Part shown: piece by piece, positions 11,393 to 21,987 of the stretch
How the letters are laid out: each line of letters begins with the position of its first letter
Numbering within the stretch: position 1 is the stretch's first letter
From: Polyangiales bacterium
GTDB lineage: Bacteria; Myxococcota_A; Polyangia; Polyangiales; Polyangiaceae
Length of the DNA: 64,000 bases
Direction: 5' to 3'
Assembly: GCA_038230375.1 (NCBI GenBank)
Contig: JBBRNJ010000034.1
Coordinates: forward strand, 22,174 to 86,173
Notes under the pieces: model-generated
What the model was told of the DNA's origin: nothing
Database searches by the model: none
What the model saw: the letters and a program-made list of their open reading frames with translations, nothing else
Made by a program: the position numbers and the translations under genes

Positions 11393-14245
11393 GTGTCTAC
11401 CGAGGCGAAGCGCGAGGCGACGTTCATCGTCGGGATCGACCTCGGGACAACGCACACCGTGGTGGCGAGCGCGCCCCTGCGTCAGGACCGGGACGTGGGC
11501 ATCACGCCCGACATCCTGGCCATCCCGCAGCTCGTGACCTTGCGCGAGAAAGAGGCACGGCCGCTGCTGCCTTCATGTCTCTATGCCCCGCTTCCGGGCG
11601 AGATACACGGCGATCCCACCTGGGTCGGCGGAGAGCTCGCGCGTCGCCGCGGCGCGGAGATCCGCGGGCGGTTCGTCTCCAGCGCGAAGAGCTGGCTCTG
11701 TCACGCGGGCGTCGACAGGCTCGCGGCGATCTTGCCATGGGGCATTCACGACGAGGCGGGCGCCGCCGCAACGCCGCACATCTCGCCGCTGGATGCGAGC
11801 ATGCACTACCTGGTGGCCGTGCGAGAGGCGTGGGACGCGGAGCATACGGATGCACCGCTCGCATCGCAGGAGGTGCTGCTCACCGTGCCCGCGTCGTTCG
11901 ACGAGGTCGCGCGCGAGCTCACGTCGAAGGCCGCCGTGCTCGCGGGTCTCTCCGTCACGCTGGTCGAGGAGCCCACGGCCGCCTTCTACGACGCAATGCG
12001 AGACGCGCGCGGCAAGGACCGCAGCAACACCGCATGGGACAAGCTGCTCGGGCGCATCGGCAAGAAGGACGCGGCGGACGCCGAGCAGTTCGTGCTCGTG
12101 TGCGACGTGGGCGGCGGCACCACGGACCTGTCGCTCATGGCCATCGGCGCGCGCAAGAAGGGGGAGCCCGTCAACATTCGTCGCGTCGCGGTGGGACGCC
12201 ATATCCTGCTCGGCGGCGACAACATGGACCTGGCGCTCGCGCACGTGGCAGAGTCGCGCATGTCGCTCAAGGAGCCGCTGCCCACGGGCGAGCTCGCGCA
12301 GCTGGTGCTCGGTTGCCGCGACGCGAAGGAGCGCATCTTCGGCGGCGCGAAGGATGCGAAGGTCACGGTCCTCGGTCGTGGCGGCAAGCTCGTGAAGAGC
12401 CAGAAGAGCATCACGCTGACGAAGAAGGACGTGAAGGACGTCCTGATCGCCGGCTTCTTCCCGATCGTCACGGCAGGCGAGCCGCCACCGAAGACGCGCA
12501 CGGGCCTGGTCTCGTTCGGGCTGCCGTTCGAGCGCGATCCCGCGATCACGCGCCACGTCCTGTCCTTCCTCACGCGCCACTCCGAGGAGATGCACGGGCG
12601 CGGCCCCGATGCGATCTTGCTCAACGGCGGCGTGTTCCACGCGGAGGCGCTGGCGGGCGCGGTGGCGAAGCAAGTGGAGCTGGCGTTCGGCCGCGAGCCC
12701 GCGCTCTTGCCCAACGCGGATCCCGATCTGGCCGTTGCGCGCGGCGCTGTCCTCTACGGCTTCGCACGGCGCGGGCACGGCGTCCGCGTGACCAGCGGCG
12801 CGTCGCACGGCTACTACGTGGCGGTCGAATCCGACGGCACCGAAAAACGTGCAGTATGCATCCTGCCGCGTGGCGCGGACGAGGGTGAGTACTTCGAGGC
12901 GGAGGGCCGCTCCTTCGAGCTCACCACGGGCCGCACGGTGAAGTTCCCGCTGTACGCGAGCGACGTGCGCAAGGACAACGTCGGCACGCTGGTGAAGTTG
13001 CCGAAGGAGATGAGCCACGAGGGCGCCGCCGACAACGACGCGAGCTCCGCGTTCCAGGTGCTTCCGTCGCTGGTGCTCAACGTTCCGTCGGACCGGCGCG
13101 GCGAGGGGCGGTTGCCGGTCACCCTGGGAGGGGTGCTCAGCGCAACGGGACAGCTGGAGCTTTACTGTACCCGCAAGGACACCGGCGGCCGCATCCGCCT
13201 CGAGTTCCAGCTTCGCGACGGTGGCAACGTGGACCGCGCGCCGCTCGGGGCCAGCGCTCCTCCGCCGTCGCTGGCACCAGCGCCATCCACGCATCTGCGG
13301 GGCGCGGACGACACACGCATGAAGGAGGCGCGCGCGCTGATCGATCAGGTCTTCGGCAAGCGCGGCGACGCAGACCCGCGCATCACGAAGGACCTGTCGC
13401 GCGAGCTGGAGCGCATCCTGGGCGACCGCGCGAGCTGGACCATGGAGGTCGCGCGGCGTCTTGCCGACCAGCTGCTGGAGAACCCCGGCGTGCGTCGCCG
13501 CACCGAGAATCACGAGCGCATGTGGCTCATGCTCACGGGTTACTGCATGCGCCCCGGCTTCGGCGACCCGGGCGACGCGGAGCGAGTACGTGTACTCTAC
13601 ACTATCTTCGACGGGCGCCTGGCGTTCCCGGAAGAGCCGCGCAACTGGCAGCAGTTCTTCATCGCGTGGCGCCGCGTGTCAGGCGGGCTGTCAGAGGCGC
13701 AGCAGGTTCACATCCGCGACGCCTTCGACGCGGTGATCGCTCCGAAGGAGGCGAACCTGAAGATGCCACGACGCATCCCGGAGGGCCGCGACGAGCTCAC
13801 GATGATGCTCGCGTCGCTCGAGCGCGTGCCGGTCGCGCGCCGCGTGGAGCTCGGCGATTGGTTGCTGGAGCGCACGTGGGTGGACAAGGACGCGCGGCTC
13901 TGGACCAGCATCGGAAGGCTCGGTGCGCGGCAGCCGCTGTACGCGAGCCTGCATCACGTGGTGCCGCCGCGCGCGGCAGAGGCGTGGCTCACGCAGCTGC
14001 TCCGCGAGACCTGGAAGGGCCTTCACACTGCGCCTCACGCTGCGGTGCAGCTCGCGCGCGTCACGGGAGATCGCGCGCGCGACCTCTCCGCGGACCTCCG
14101 CCTGCAGACCGAGAAGAAGCTCATCGCGATAGGCGCGAAGCCAGAGTGGATCCGCGCTGTGCGCGAGCTCGCCGTGATGGACGAGGCCGAGAAGGTCGCG
14201 ATCATGGGCGAGGGGCTCCCCATCGGGCTTCGGCTGTCGGAGTAA
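11393..14245 (+). CDS. Atypical Hsp70-family protein with C-terminal DUF3731-like helical domain
   Basis: Same Hsp70 motifs as the upstream paralogue, plus an extension with HERMWL..TGYCMRPGFGDPGD..R, WRRVSGGL and GRLGARQPLYAS.H.VVP. Confidence 0.9.
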   Translation: MSTEAKREATFIVGIDLGTTHTVVASAPLRQDRDVGITPDILAIPQLVTLREKEARPLLPSCLYAPLPGEIHGDPTWVGGELARRRGAEIRGRFVSSAKSWLCHAGVDRLAAILPWGIHDEAGAAATPHISPLDASMHYLVAVREAWDAEHTDAPLASQEVLLTVPASFDEVARELTSKAAVLAGLSVTLVEEPTAAFYDAMRDARGKDRSNTAWDKLLGRIGKKDAADAEQFVLVCDVGGGTTDLSLMAIGARKKGEPVNIRRVAVGRHILLGGDNMDLALAHVAESRMSLKEPLPTGELAQLVLGCRDAKERIFGGAKDAKVTVLGRGGKLVKSQKSITLTKKDVKDVLIAGFFPIVTAGEPPPKTRTGLVSFGLPFERDPAITRHVLSFLTRHSEEMHGRGPDAILLNGGVFHAEALAGAVAKQVELAFGREPALLPNADPDLAVARGAVLYGFARRGHGVRVTSGASHGYYVAVESDGTEKRAVCILPRGADEGEYFEAEGRSFELTTGRTVKFPLYASDVRKDNVGTLVKLPKEMSHEGAADNDASSAFQVLPSLVLNVPSDRRGEGRLPVTLGGVLSATGQLELYCTRKDTGGRIRLEFQLRDGGNVDRAPLGASAPPPSLAPAPSTHLRGADDTRMKEARALIDQVFGKRGDADPRITKDLSRELERILGDRASWTMEVARRLADQLLENPGVRRRTENHERMWLMLTGYCMRPGFGDPGDAERVRVLYTIFDGRLAFPEEPRNWQQFFIAWRRVSGGLSEAQQVHIRDAFDAVIAPKEANLKMPRRIPEGRDELTMMLASLERVPVARRVELGDWLLERTWVDKDARLWTSIGRLGARQPLYASLHHVVPPRAAEAWLTQLLRETWKGLHTAPHAAVQLARVTGDRARDLSADLRLQTEKKLIAIGAKPEWIRAVRELAVMDEAEKVAIMGEGLPIGLRLSE

Positions 14246-14263
14246 CGCACCGGACGTCGCGCG

Positions 14264-15948
14264 TCAGCGAGCAGCAGGCTTCCTGAGGCGTGCGGTGTCC
14301 AGCACGTGACGGACCTTGCGCCTTAGCTGTGCAGACGAGAACGGCTTGTGGAGCAGCGCGACGCTCTCCCCGAGCGCGCCGTGGCGCCCAAGGGCATCCT
14401 CGGTGTAGCCGGACATGAAGAGAACCGGCACTTCGGGCCGGATGTGCTCGAGCGCCGAGGCAAATTCCGGCCCGCTCATCTCGGGCATGACCACGTCGGA
14501 GAGCGCGAGGTGGATGGGGCCGGCCCGCTCCTCGCATAGGCGCAAGGCCTCGGCGCCGCCGCTGGCCGTGATCACCTGATAGCCAGCACGCGAGAGGATT
14601 CGTTCGGCGACCAATCGCACGGCGCCCTCGTCCTCCACGACCAGAACGATCTCGCCATGACCGACCTCCTCTTCCTCCGGCAGGGCGACCGCAGCCCGTT
14701 CCGCTGGGCCCGCGACGGGCGCGGTTGGGAATGTGAGCGTGAACCGGGAGCCGCGACCAGGTTCGCTATCCACGGTGATGCTGCCGCCACACTGCTGCAT
14801 GATGCCGTACACGGTGGCGAGCCCGAGACCGGTTCCACCCACCTTGGCCTTCGTCGTGAAGAATGGCTCGAAGATCTTCTCCTGCACGGGGCCATGCCCA
14901 CACCCGTGTCGGTCATGGTGAGAAGTACGGCCTTTCCGCCTTCTGCCAGTGCAGTCTCGATCGCGAGCTTGCCGCCCCGAGGCATGGCATCGCGCGCGTT
15001 CACGACGAGGTTCATGAGCACCTGTTCGAGGAGGCCACGATCGACCTCGATCTGCGGAAGGGCTGGAGCTGCGACGTGAACGACCAGAATGTCCTCGCCC
15101 AGCGTGCGACGGACCATGCGCAAGAGGCCCTTGGTGACGAGATCCAGGTTGAGTCGCTGCGGCTCGACCACTTGGTTGCGGCTGAACGTGAGGAGCTGCC
15201 TGGTGAGGGCCGCAGCGGCCGCCGAGGCGGCCTGCACCTCGAGCAGGTCCTGCCGGCGGGGATCACTGCCGTCGAGTCCGGCGAGCGCAAACTCCGTGTG
15301 GCTCATGATCACCGTGAGGATGTTGTTGAAGTCATGCGCGACGCCGCCCGCGAGGCGGCCGACGACCTCCATCTTCTGCGCGACACGGAGCTTCTCCTCC
15401 GCGCGCTTTTGCTCCGAGACGTCAACCACGACGATACGACACTCGCCTCCATCGGCGTGCTGCCCCGTCACTTGTACGAACGTCTCGCCACCAGGCTTGG
15501 CCGCTCCTCCCAGCGCGACCACGCACGACGCCTTTGCTCCCCCCTCGAAGACGCAGTCGAGGACGCGCTGGAACGTGACACGGTCCGCGTCGGCGATGAA
15601 GGCGATGAGCTGCTTTTCGACGATGAGGGAGCGGGCGACGCCGAGCATCCCGGCGGCGGTGAGGTTGGCCCGCTGCACCGTCCCGTCGCGCGCGAGGGTG
15701 AAGTAGGCGGCGGGTGCAAAGTCGTAGAGGTCGGAGTATTGCGCGAGGAGCAGCTCGACCTCCTCGCGTGAGCGGCAGAGTTCCTCGTTCTGCTGCTCCA
15801 GCTCCACCTGGTGGACCTGCAGCTCGTGCATCAGTCGCACCGCGTCTTCGGGCGTGGTGACGGAGGTGGGCACCGCGGCTCGCTTGACCTCCGCCTCCGC
15901 CTGCGCGCGCCGTTGGGCCGGCGTGGGGGGCGTCTTCCGGCGCGTCAC
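14264..15948 (-). pseudogene. PAS hybrid histidine kinase-response regulator, frameshifted at about 14888-14891
   Basis: HELQVHQVELEQQNEEL coil, PAS, AHDFNNIL, NLVVNARDAMP and DTGVGM are in one frame. FEPFFTTK, GTGLGL and the receiver domain are in another. The break lies in a 4-nt G/C run. Confidence 0.8.
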
Positions 15949-18507
15949 GAGTCCCTCTTCCGTAGCTTTGCTTCCAGCTTCTTCGCAACGGTGACGTCGA
16001 AGAACGTGAGCACCAGCCCAGAGACCGCGTTGTCGAGAGTGCGGTACGGCATCATGCGAACCGAGAACCAGCGGTGGTCCCGCGTGGCGATCTCGGTCTC
16101 TTTTCGGCGCGAGCGTCCTCAGCACCTCCCGCGCGTCCGCCTGGAGCGTCGGATACTCGATGTCGAACGCGAGGTCCGTGACCGGACGCCCGAGATCTCC
16201 CGGGATCAGCTTCACGAGCTTCGCAGCTTCGGGCGTGAAGCGCCGCACGTTCAGCCTGTCGTCGAGGAACAGCGTGGCGATCTCCGTGCTGTCGAGCAGG
16301 TTCTTCATGTCGTTGCTGGTCCGCGACAGCTCGCCCACAGTGGCCTGAAGCTCCGCGTTCAGGCTCTGCAGCTCCTCGTTCATCGACTGCAGCTCCTCCT
16401 TGGAAGTGGTGAGCTCTTCGTTCGAGGACTGCAGCTCTTCGTTCGAGGACTGCAGCTCCTCCGTCGTGGAGACACGATCCTCTCGTACTTCGCGCAGCTC
16501 GTCGTACGCGGCACGCAGCTCCTCGCGCGCGCGCTCCAGTGCCCGCTCGGCGTCTGGCTTCCCGACCTTCGTGGCCCTGTGTTTGCCTGAAGGGCTCGCC
16601 GCCGCATCCGTGAACACGACGGTCATGAGCCTTCGCATGGCCGGTAGATCCGTCAGAGGCTCGATGGCAACGTCAACCACCCGTCCGCCGGGAGCACTGC
16701 CAGTCGGGACGCCGTTGATGAGCACGCTGGCACCCGTCTTCTGCGCGCGGCGAAGACCGTTCGCGAGCGCGCCGCGCAGCGCATCCCCCGCCATCGCGAA
16801 GATGTTCCAGTTCGCCTTCCCTGCGGGAAGCTCCAGGTACGAGCTCGCACGCCCGCTCACATAGAGGATGTCGCCGCCCTGGCTCACGACGACGGCCGCG
16901 GGCGCGAAGCGCTGGAGCAGGAAGCGGTCCACGCTTGCCTGGCGCCGCGCCGAGAACGCGCCGGAGTCTCTTGAAGCGGCGCTCACCTCGGTCGGCTCAC
17001 GTGGCGTTGCGACGGGGAAGTCCACGTTGGCCGCATGTGCGCGCACGCCGGTTGCGCGCCGGAAAAATCGCCCTCCACCGCGGAGCGGCTCGAGCAGCGG
17101 CGGGTCGGACGAGACGGTCTCCGCGTTCCCCAGGAAGAGCATGCCACCCGGCCGCAGCGCGTAGTGGAACAGCGCGAGGAGCTTCTGCTGGAGCGCGGGC
17201 ATCAGGTAGATGAGCAGGTTGCGACATGCCAACAGATCCAGCTTCGTGAAGGGCGGATCGGAGATCACGTTCTGCGTGGCAAAGACGACCATGTCACGGA
17301 TCTGCTTCGTGACCCGGTAGCCCTTCGCTTCCTTCACGAAGAACCGCGCCAGCCGTGCCCTCGGGACCTCGGTCTCGATCGTCGGCCCGAACACGCCGAG
17401 GCGCGCACGCGCGATCGTGTCGGCGTCGATGTCCGTGGCGAAGATCTGGAGCGTGAGCTTCTTCTTTGACTTGGTGGCCGCCTGCGCCATCACCCACGCG
17501 ATGGCCAGCGAGTATGCCTCTTCTCCCGTGGAGCAAGCGGGAACCCAGGCGCGGAGCACGGGGTGCGGGGCGTCGGCGATCAACGCGGGGAGCACCTCTT
17601 TCTCGAGCTGCCTCCACGCCACCGGGTCGCGGAAGAAGCTGGTCACGCCGATGAGCAGCTCCTGGAAGAGGAGCAGCGCCTCCTTCCGGTTCTCGCGGAG
17701 GTAGCGCGCATACACGCGCATCTCGGTCACCTGGTGGAGGACCATACGCCGTTCGATGCGCCGACGAAGCGTGCCGTGCTTGTACAGCGAGAAGTCTTGC
17801 CCAGTGGAGTCGCGGAGCGCGGCGATCACGTCGTCAAGCGCACGCGCAGGCGCTGGAGGTGTGGCTGCGGGCGGCTTCTGACCACTCCGACGCCGCCACT
17901 GGATGATCTTCGCGGGCAGCTCGGCCGGTGAACCGACGACGTCCGCGAGCCCCGCGGCGATGGCGCTGCCTGGCATGCCGTCGAACTGCGCCGTGGCAAG
18001 GGCCTGAACGAACGCGGCCCCGCCCGCTTCCTTGATCGCGCGAAGGCCAAGCGTGCCATCAGCGCCCATGCCCGAGAGCACGACGCCGATGGCAAGGGGC
18101 CCGGCGTCCTTGGCGAGCGAGCGAAAGAAGCGGTCGATGGGCAGCCGCAGCGCAGGCGACCGCGGGCGCGGGAACAGACGCAGCACGCCGCGCACGAGCG
18201 TGAGCTCCTGGTTCGGCGGGATCACGTACACGTGCTCTGCGGCGACGCGCATGCGGGCCTTGATCTGATGCACCGGCATGGCGCAAGCGCGCTGCAAGAT
18301 CTCCGCGAGCATTCCTTTGTGCGTGGGGTCGAGGTGCTGCACCACCACAAAGGCAATGCCGCTTCTGGGAGGCACGTTCCCCAGGAATTTCTCGAGCGCA
18401 TCAAGGCCTCCCGCGGAGGCACCGAGCGCGACGACGGGAACACGCTTCGTGCCTTTTGGGAGGGTCACATCGCTCCCACGCACACGTGCGGCCGATTCGC
18501 CTGCCAT
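15945..18507 (-). pseudogene. CheB methylesterase-CheR methyltransferase-PAS fusion protein, frameshifted at about 16101-16104
   Basis: GASAGG, VQHLDP, LSGMGADG (CheB). GVTSFFRD, ACSTGEEAYS, CRNLLIY (CheR). EELQSSNEEL coil. The final PAS strand (ETEIATRDHRWFSVRMMPYRTLDNAVSGLVLTFFDVT...KRDS*) continues in a shifted frame after CCG AAAA GAG. Confidence 0.85.
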
Positions 18508-18702
18508 GATTGCCCCCGCGCTTGCTCCGCAGCAGATCGCACTCCACGAAGTTCGCACGATCACGCTAGCGCCCGTCGCTCGAACTCACCACGAGGAATT
18601 CGGGCACAACGCCGACCAACGACATCATTTCGGGACGGTGCGCCCGTGTGGGGCATATTGCGACGCTCTCGCGCTTGGCTCAGGTAGCCTTCTGCAGTCG
18701 AC

Positions 18703-18742
18703 AAAAGAGGAGCGGCGCCGCCAGGGATTGGCAGCGCCGTTC
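18703..18742 (-). terminator. Probable intrinsic terminator of the protease-inhibitor gene
   Basis: Imperfect inverted repeat gagcggcgccgcca / tggcagcgccgttc with an adjacent AAAA (U-tract on the - strand). Confidence 0.6.
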
Positions 18743-18762
18743 GTCATTCGCTTTCGCTCAGC

Positions 18763-19458
18763 TCACTTGTGCGCGCAGGGGCCGCTGGTCGCGACTGACA
18801 CGTGGCCGCGGTTGGCCTCGCAGCTGTTGTTGTACGTCTTGCCGTCGCAGCCGCAGACCGGCAGCACGATCATGGGGCAGAGGTCGGGGAGGGGCTCGCA
18901 GGTGCCGCTCATGTCGCCGGCGCCGCAGGCCGCGATCTTGGTGTAGCTGCAGAACTCGGTGGCGCCGCACTGGAGGCCGGCGAACCCGCCGCACATCTTC
19001 GGGGCGGGGCTGCTCGCTGCGATGTCGAGCGTGACGGTGAACGTCTGCGCGGGGGGCGACGTCTCGGCCCAGGGGCGCTGCAGGATGAGCGTGAGCATGT
19101 GCTTGCCGCTCTTGCCCGTGGTCTTCCACGTGAAGGTGTCGGTGCCGGAGGAGCCGGGCTTGTGCACGTCGCCGGGGGTCGTCGTCTCGACTGCCTTGGT
19201 GAGGCCGCCTTCGCCGGTGACCATCCACATGTAGCCGGTCGAGGCGTTCTGGCTGAGCGTGAGCACCACCTTCTGACCTGCGGTGACGTGGACCGTCTTC
19301 TTGTTGTCGGCGTGCGTGAGCGCGACCGGCTTGGCAGACGTGACGTCGGCGCTGTTCGAGTCGTCCGCGTTCGCACCTTCATCGGCGCCACCGCAGGCGA
19401 CGGCGCTGAGCGAGAGAGCAACGAGAGCAGCGGAGAAGACGAAGTGGATGGGGCGCAT
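18763..19458 (-). CDS. Lipoprotein with chagasin (I42) inhibitor domain and Kazal-type domain
   Basis: Lipobox AVAC. Chagasin loops NASTGYMW and QRPW. Kazal pattern CPMIVLPVCGCDGKTYNNSCEA. Confidence 0.85.
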   Translation of the reverse strand: MRPIHFVFSAALVALSLSAVACGGADEGANADDSNSADVTSAKPVALTHADNKKTVHVTAGQKVVLTLSQNASTGYMWMVTGEGGLTKAVETTTPGDVHKPGSSGTDTFTWKTTGKSGKHMLTLILQRPWAETSPPAQTFTVTLDIAASSPAPKMCGGFAGLQCGATEFCSYTKIAACGAGDMSGTCEPLPDLCPMIVLPVCGCDGKTYNNSCEANRGHVSVATSGPCAHK

Positions 19459-19711
19459 GACTGGAGACCTTCTCGGCGGGATGACCCTCGCCGTATGGAG
19501 AGTGACGTTGGGTTTCTGGTGGCCGGCTCATCACCGACGCCGCTTCCTCTACTGCCCGTTTCCCCACGTGCAACCCCAATATCCTACATCGGCGCCAACA
19601 GCCGGATAAGTCCCGTCATTTCAATTGGTTGTGATTGATGAAATCTCGTTCAGCGAACGACGAGTCGGCAGCGAATTTGGCCATTTGCCTACATTTGCGC
19701 ACCTTGGAGCC

Positions 19712-20740
19712 ATGAGCCTCTTCTCCCGTCGCCAGCTGCTCACCATGCTCACTGCATCTGCGGTCGTCCTTGGCACCCGTATGTCGATCGCGCATGCGCA
19801 AGAGCCGCAAGCTCCGGTCGCGCAGTCCCGCATCCGCGCGGTGTCGCGTGATGCGCGCGGTGTGACCATCGAGATGGAGCTCACGCATGCGCCGTTCCCC
19901 GCGCCGGGCTACGCGTACAAGGACGCGACGGTGATCGCGTTCGTGCCGAATCACTTCCGCGCGTCGCACGATGGCCGCGTGTCGGTCCTGGTGCACTTCC
20001 ACGGTCACACGTCGACCGCGCCGACGGCGATGGCAGCGCACGAGCTTCGCGAGCAGCTCTACGAGAGCAAGCAGAACGCGATCCTCCTCGTGCCGCAAGG
20101 GCCGGTGCTCTCGGCGGACTCGTCTTGCGGCAAGCTCGAAGAGAACCTGGGGCTCGCGCGCCTGCTCGAGGATGCGCTCCGCACGCTCTCGTCCGAGACG
20201 GGGCGCGCCGCGCTCGGTACGTCTGGCATCAAGCCGGGGTCGCAGCCAGGCACTGTCTGCATCTCCGCGCACTCGGGCGGCTATCACGCGGCCGCACAGT
20301 GCGTATCGAAGGGCGGCGTTCCCGTGACCGAGGTCTACCTCTTCGACGCGCTGTATGCAGACACGTCCGTGTTTCGCGACTGGGTGATCGCCGGTCGTGG
20401 GCAGTCCGCGAAGTCGCGGCACAAGCTGGTGCTCTACACGACCGGCGGCACGACCGAAGTGGAGAGCCATCGTCTGCTGGCCGAGCTCTCGCAGGCCGGC
20501 GTGCGAACGGCGATCGAGGAGCACGAGGGCACGCTCAGTCGCGCGGAGCTCACGCTCGCGGAGGTCGTGCTCATCCGCACGCAGCTCTCCCATGGCGCAG
20601 TGACACACGAGCTGAACGGCCTGCGCGATTGCCTGTACGCGTCGGCCATGCCGCGCCGCCTGCGCACCTCGTGGTTCGACGTGAAGAACGCAGCGCGCCC
20701 GCTCGAGCGTCGTCAGACCTCGACGCAAGGCGGTCGCTGA
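19712..20740 (+). CDS. Tat-exported alpha/beta-hydrolase-like protein
   Basis: Twin-arginine SRRQLL signal ending AHA. VHFHG, nucleophile-elbow-like SAHSGGY, LFDALY. Confidence 0.7.
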   Translation: MSLFSRRQLLTMLTASAVVLGTRMSIAHAQEPQAPVAQSRIRAVSRDARGVTIEMELTHAPFPAPGYAYKDATVIAFVPNHFRASHDGRVSVLVHFHGHTSTAPTAMAAHELREQLYESKQNAILLVPQGPVLSADSSCGKLEENLGLARLLEDALRTLSSETGRAALGTSGIKPGSQPGTVCISAHSGGYHAAAQCVSKGGVPVTEVYLFDALYADTSVFRDWVIAGRGQSAKSRHKLVLYTTGGTTEVESHRLLAELSQAGVRTAIEEHEGTLSRAELTLAEVVLIRTQLSHGAVTHELNGLRDCLYASAMPRRLRTSWFDVKNAARPLERRQTSTQGGR

Positions 20741-20741
20741 C

Positions 20742-21782
20742 GTGAGCCGCTTCATCAGCATCGCGGTTGGTTTCGTCACTCTCACCTCGGTCGCGTGCAG
20801 CTCCTCGTGCGGTGCTCCGAAGGACACGCCGGTCGGAACTCCCGCGACGGTTCCGTCGTCCACCGCGGCGAGCCCGCTCGCGTCCACCACTGCCGCACCG
20901 AGCGCCGCGGCATCCGCAAACGGCGCGCCGATCACGCAGCTCAAGCCACGCGGGCGCTCCATGCCGCGCGCGTCGTGCCCACTGACGATCGAGCCGGGCG
21001 TGAGCTTCGGTCCCGTGGACCTGGGCGAGACCAGGGAAGATCTGTTGAAGCTCGGCGCGAAGCCGAAGGGCGAGACCGGCAAGGGAGACAACGAAGTCTT
21101 CGAGATCGCAGGGCTCAGCGTCTCGATGTGCGGCGGCAAGGTGGTGGACATCTGGCTCGATGATCTGCGGAAGGCGCCCGACTGCGTGACGTACCAGGGC
21201 AAGCCCGTCGCGCGTGACGTCGCGCGTGAGGCCTTCGAGAAGACCCTTGGCGGCTGCGTCGCCACGGCGCCGCGCATCGGCGGCACATTCGAGAAGTGCA
21301 CGGACGGCGGCGTGTACATCGGACACGGCATGGGTGACTTCATGCAGGTCCGCGTGTTGCCCCGCGGCGAGGCCTTCGATCTGGACGGCTCGTGTGCGCG
21401 TGCGCTGGACGACGGCTCACCGGTCGCGCTCGACGCGAAGACACGGGCGAAGCTGCTCGAGCAGATTGTCATCCTGGACGTGCTCGCGCCGTACTGGCAC
21501 GTGAACACGCCGGGCCGCAAGCCGCTGCGCATCCTGAAGAACCCGGCCTTCGCGGAGAACCCCACGTTCATGATGTTCGGTGAGGACGTGACGTGGATCG
21601 AGCGCGCGCAAGTGAAGCCCGGCCTGGCCTACTTCGACATCACGTCGTTCGTCGCCACGAAGACCAAGGTGCATGTCGAGTTCGCCTATCCCATCGAAGG
21701 CGTGCGCGGCTCCGTCGACCTGGTGCCGGACGGCATGGGCCAGTACCGCGTGGAGAAGCGCGACGCACACGAAACCAAGTAG
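20742..21782 (+). CDS. Hypothetical lipoprotein
   Basis: Lipobox SVAC, Ala/Pro/Thr linker, starts 1 nt after the upstream stop. Confidence 0.75.
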   Translation: MSRFISIAVGFVTLTSVACSSSCGAPKDTPVGTPATVPSSTAASPLASTTAAPSAAASANGAPITQLKPRGRSMPRASCPLTIEPGVSFGPVDLGETREDLLKLGAKPKGETGKGDNEVFEIAGLSVSMCGGKVVDIWLDDLRKAPDCVTYQGKPVARDVAREAFEKTLGGCVATAPRIGGTFEKCTDGGVYIGHGMGDFMQVRVLPRGEAFDLDGSCARALDDGSPVALDAKTRAKLLEQIVILDVLAPYWHVNTPGRKPLRILKNPAFAENPTFMMFGEDVTWIERAQVKPGLAYFDITSFVATKTKVHVEFAYPIEGVRGSVDLVPDGMGQYRVEKRDAHETK

Positions 21783-21987
21783 CTAGCGCGCGCGTTGCAA
21801 CGTGGAGACGTGAGCCCGCGCGCGCATGGACCTGTACGGATCCATCGGGTGCTGCTCACCACACGCGGAGGAGACAGCAGCCTTGGATCGCGCCGAAGCA
21901 CTTGGCTGAATTTCCGGGCAATTCTAGCGGAAACGAACAGTGTGAATGTCCGACAGTGTGTGGAATGCACCTTGCTTGAGGGCAGCC

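Noticed and set aside
16095..16110. Programmed ribosomal frameshift at CCG AAAA GAG
   Set aside because: It is not a canonical slippery heptamer, and the downstream kinase is independently broken. Mutation or assembly error is simpler.
14572..18564. 1330-aa CheB-CheR-PAS-kinase as a genuine novel fusion protein
   Set aside because: The join and the tail are out-of-frame sequence. The proper PAS end and the kinase/receiver end lie in other frames, so two frameshifted genes explain it.
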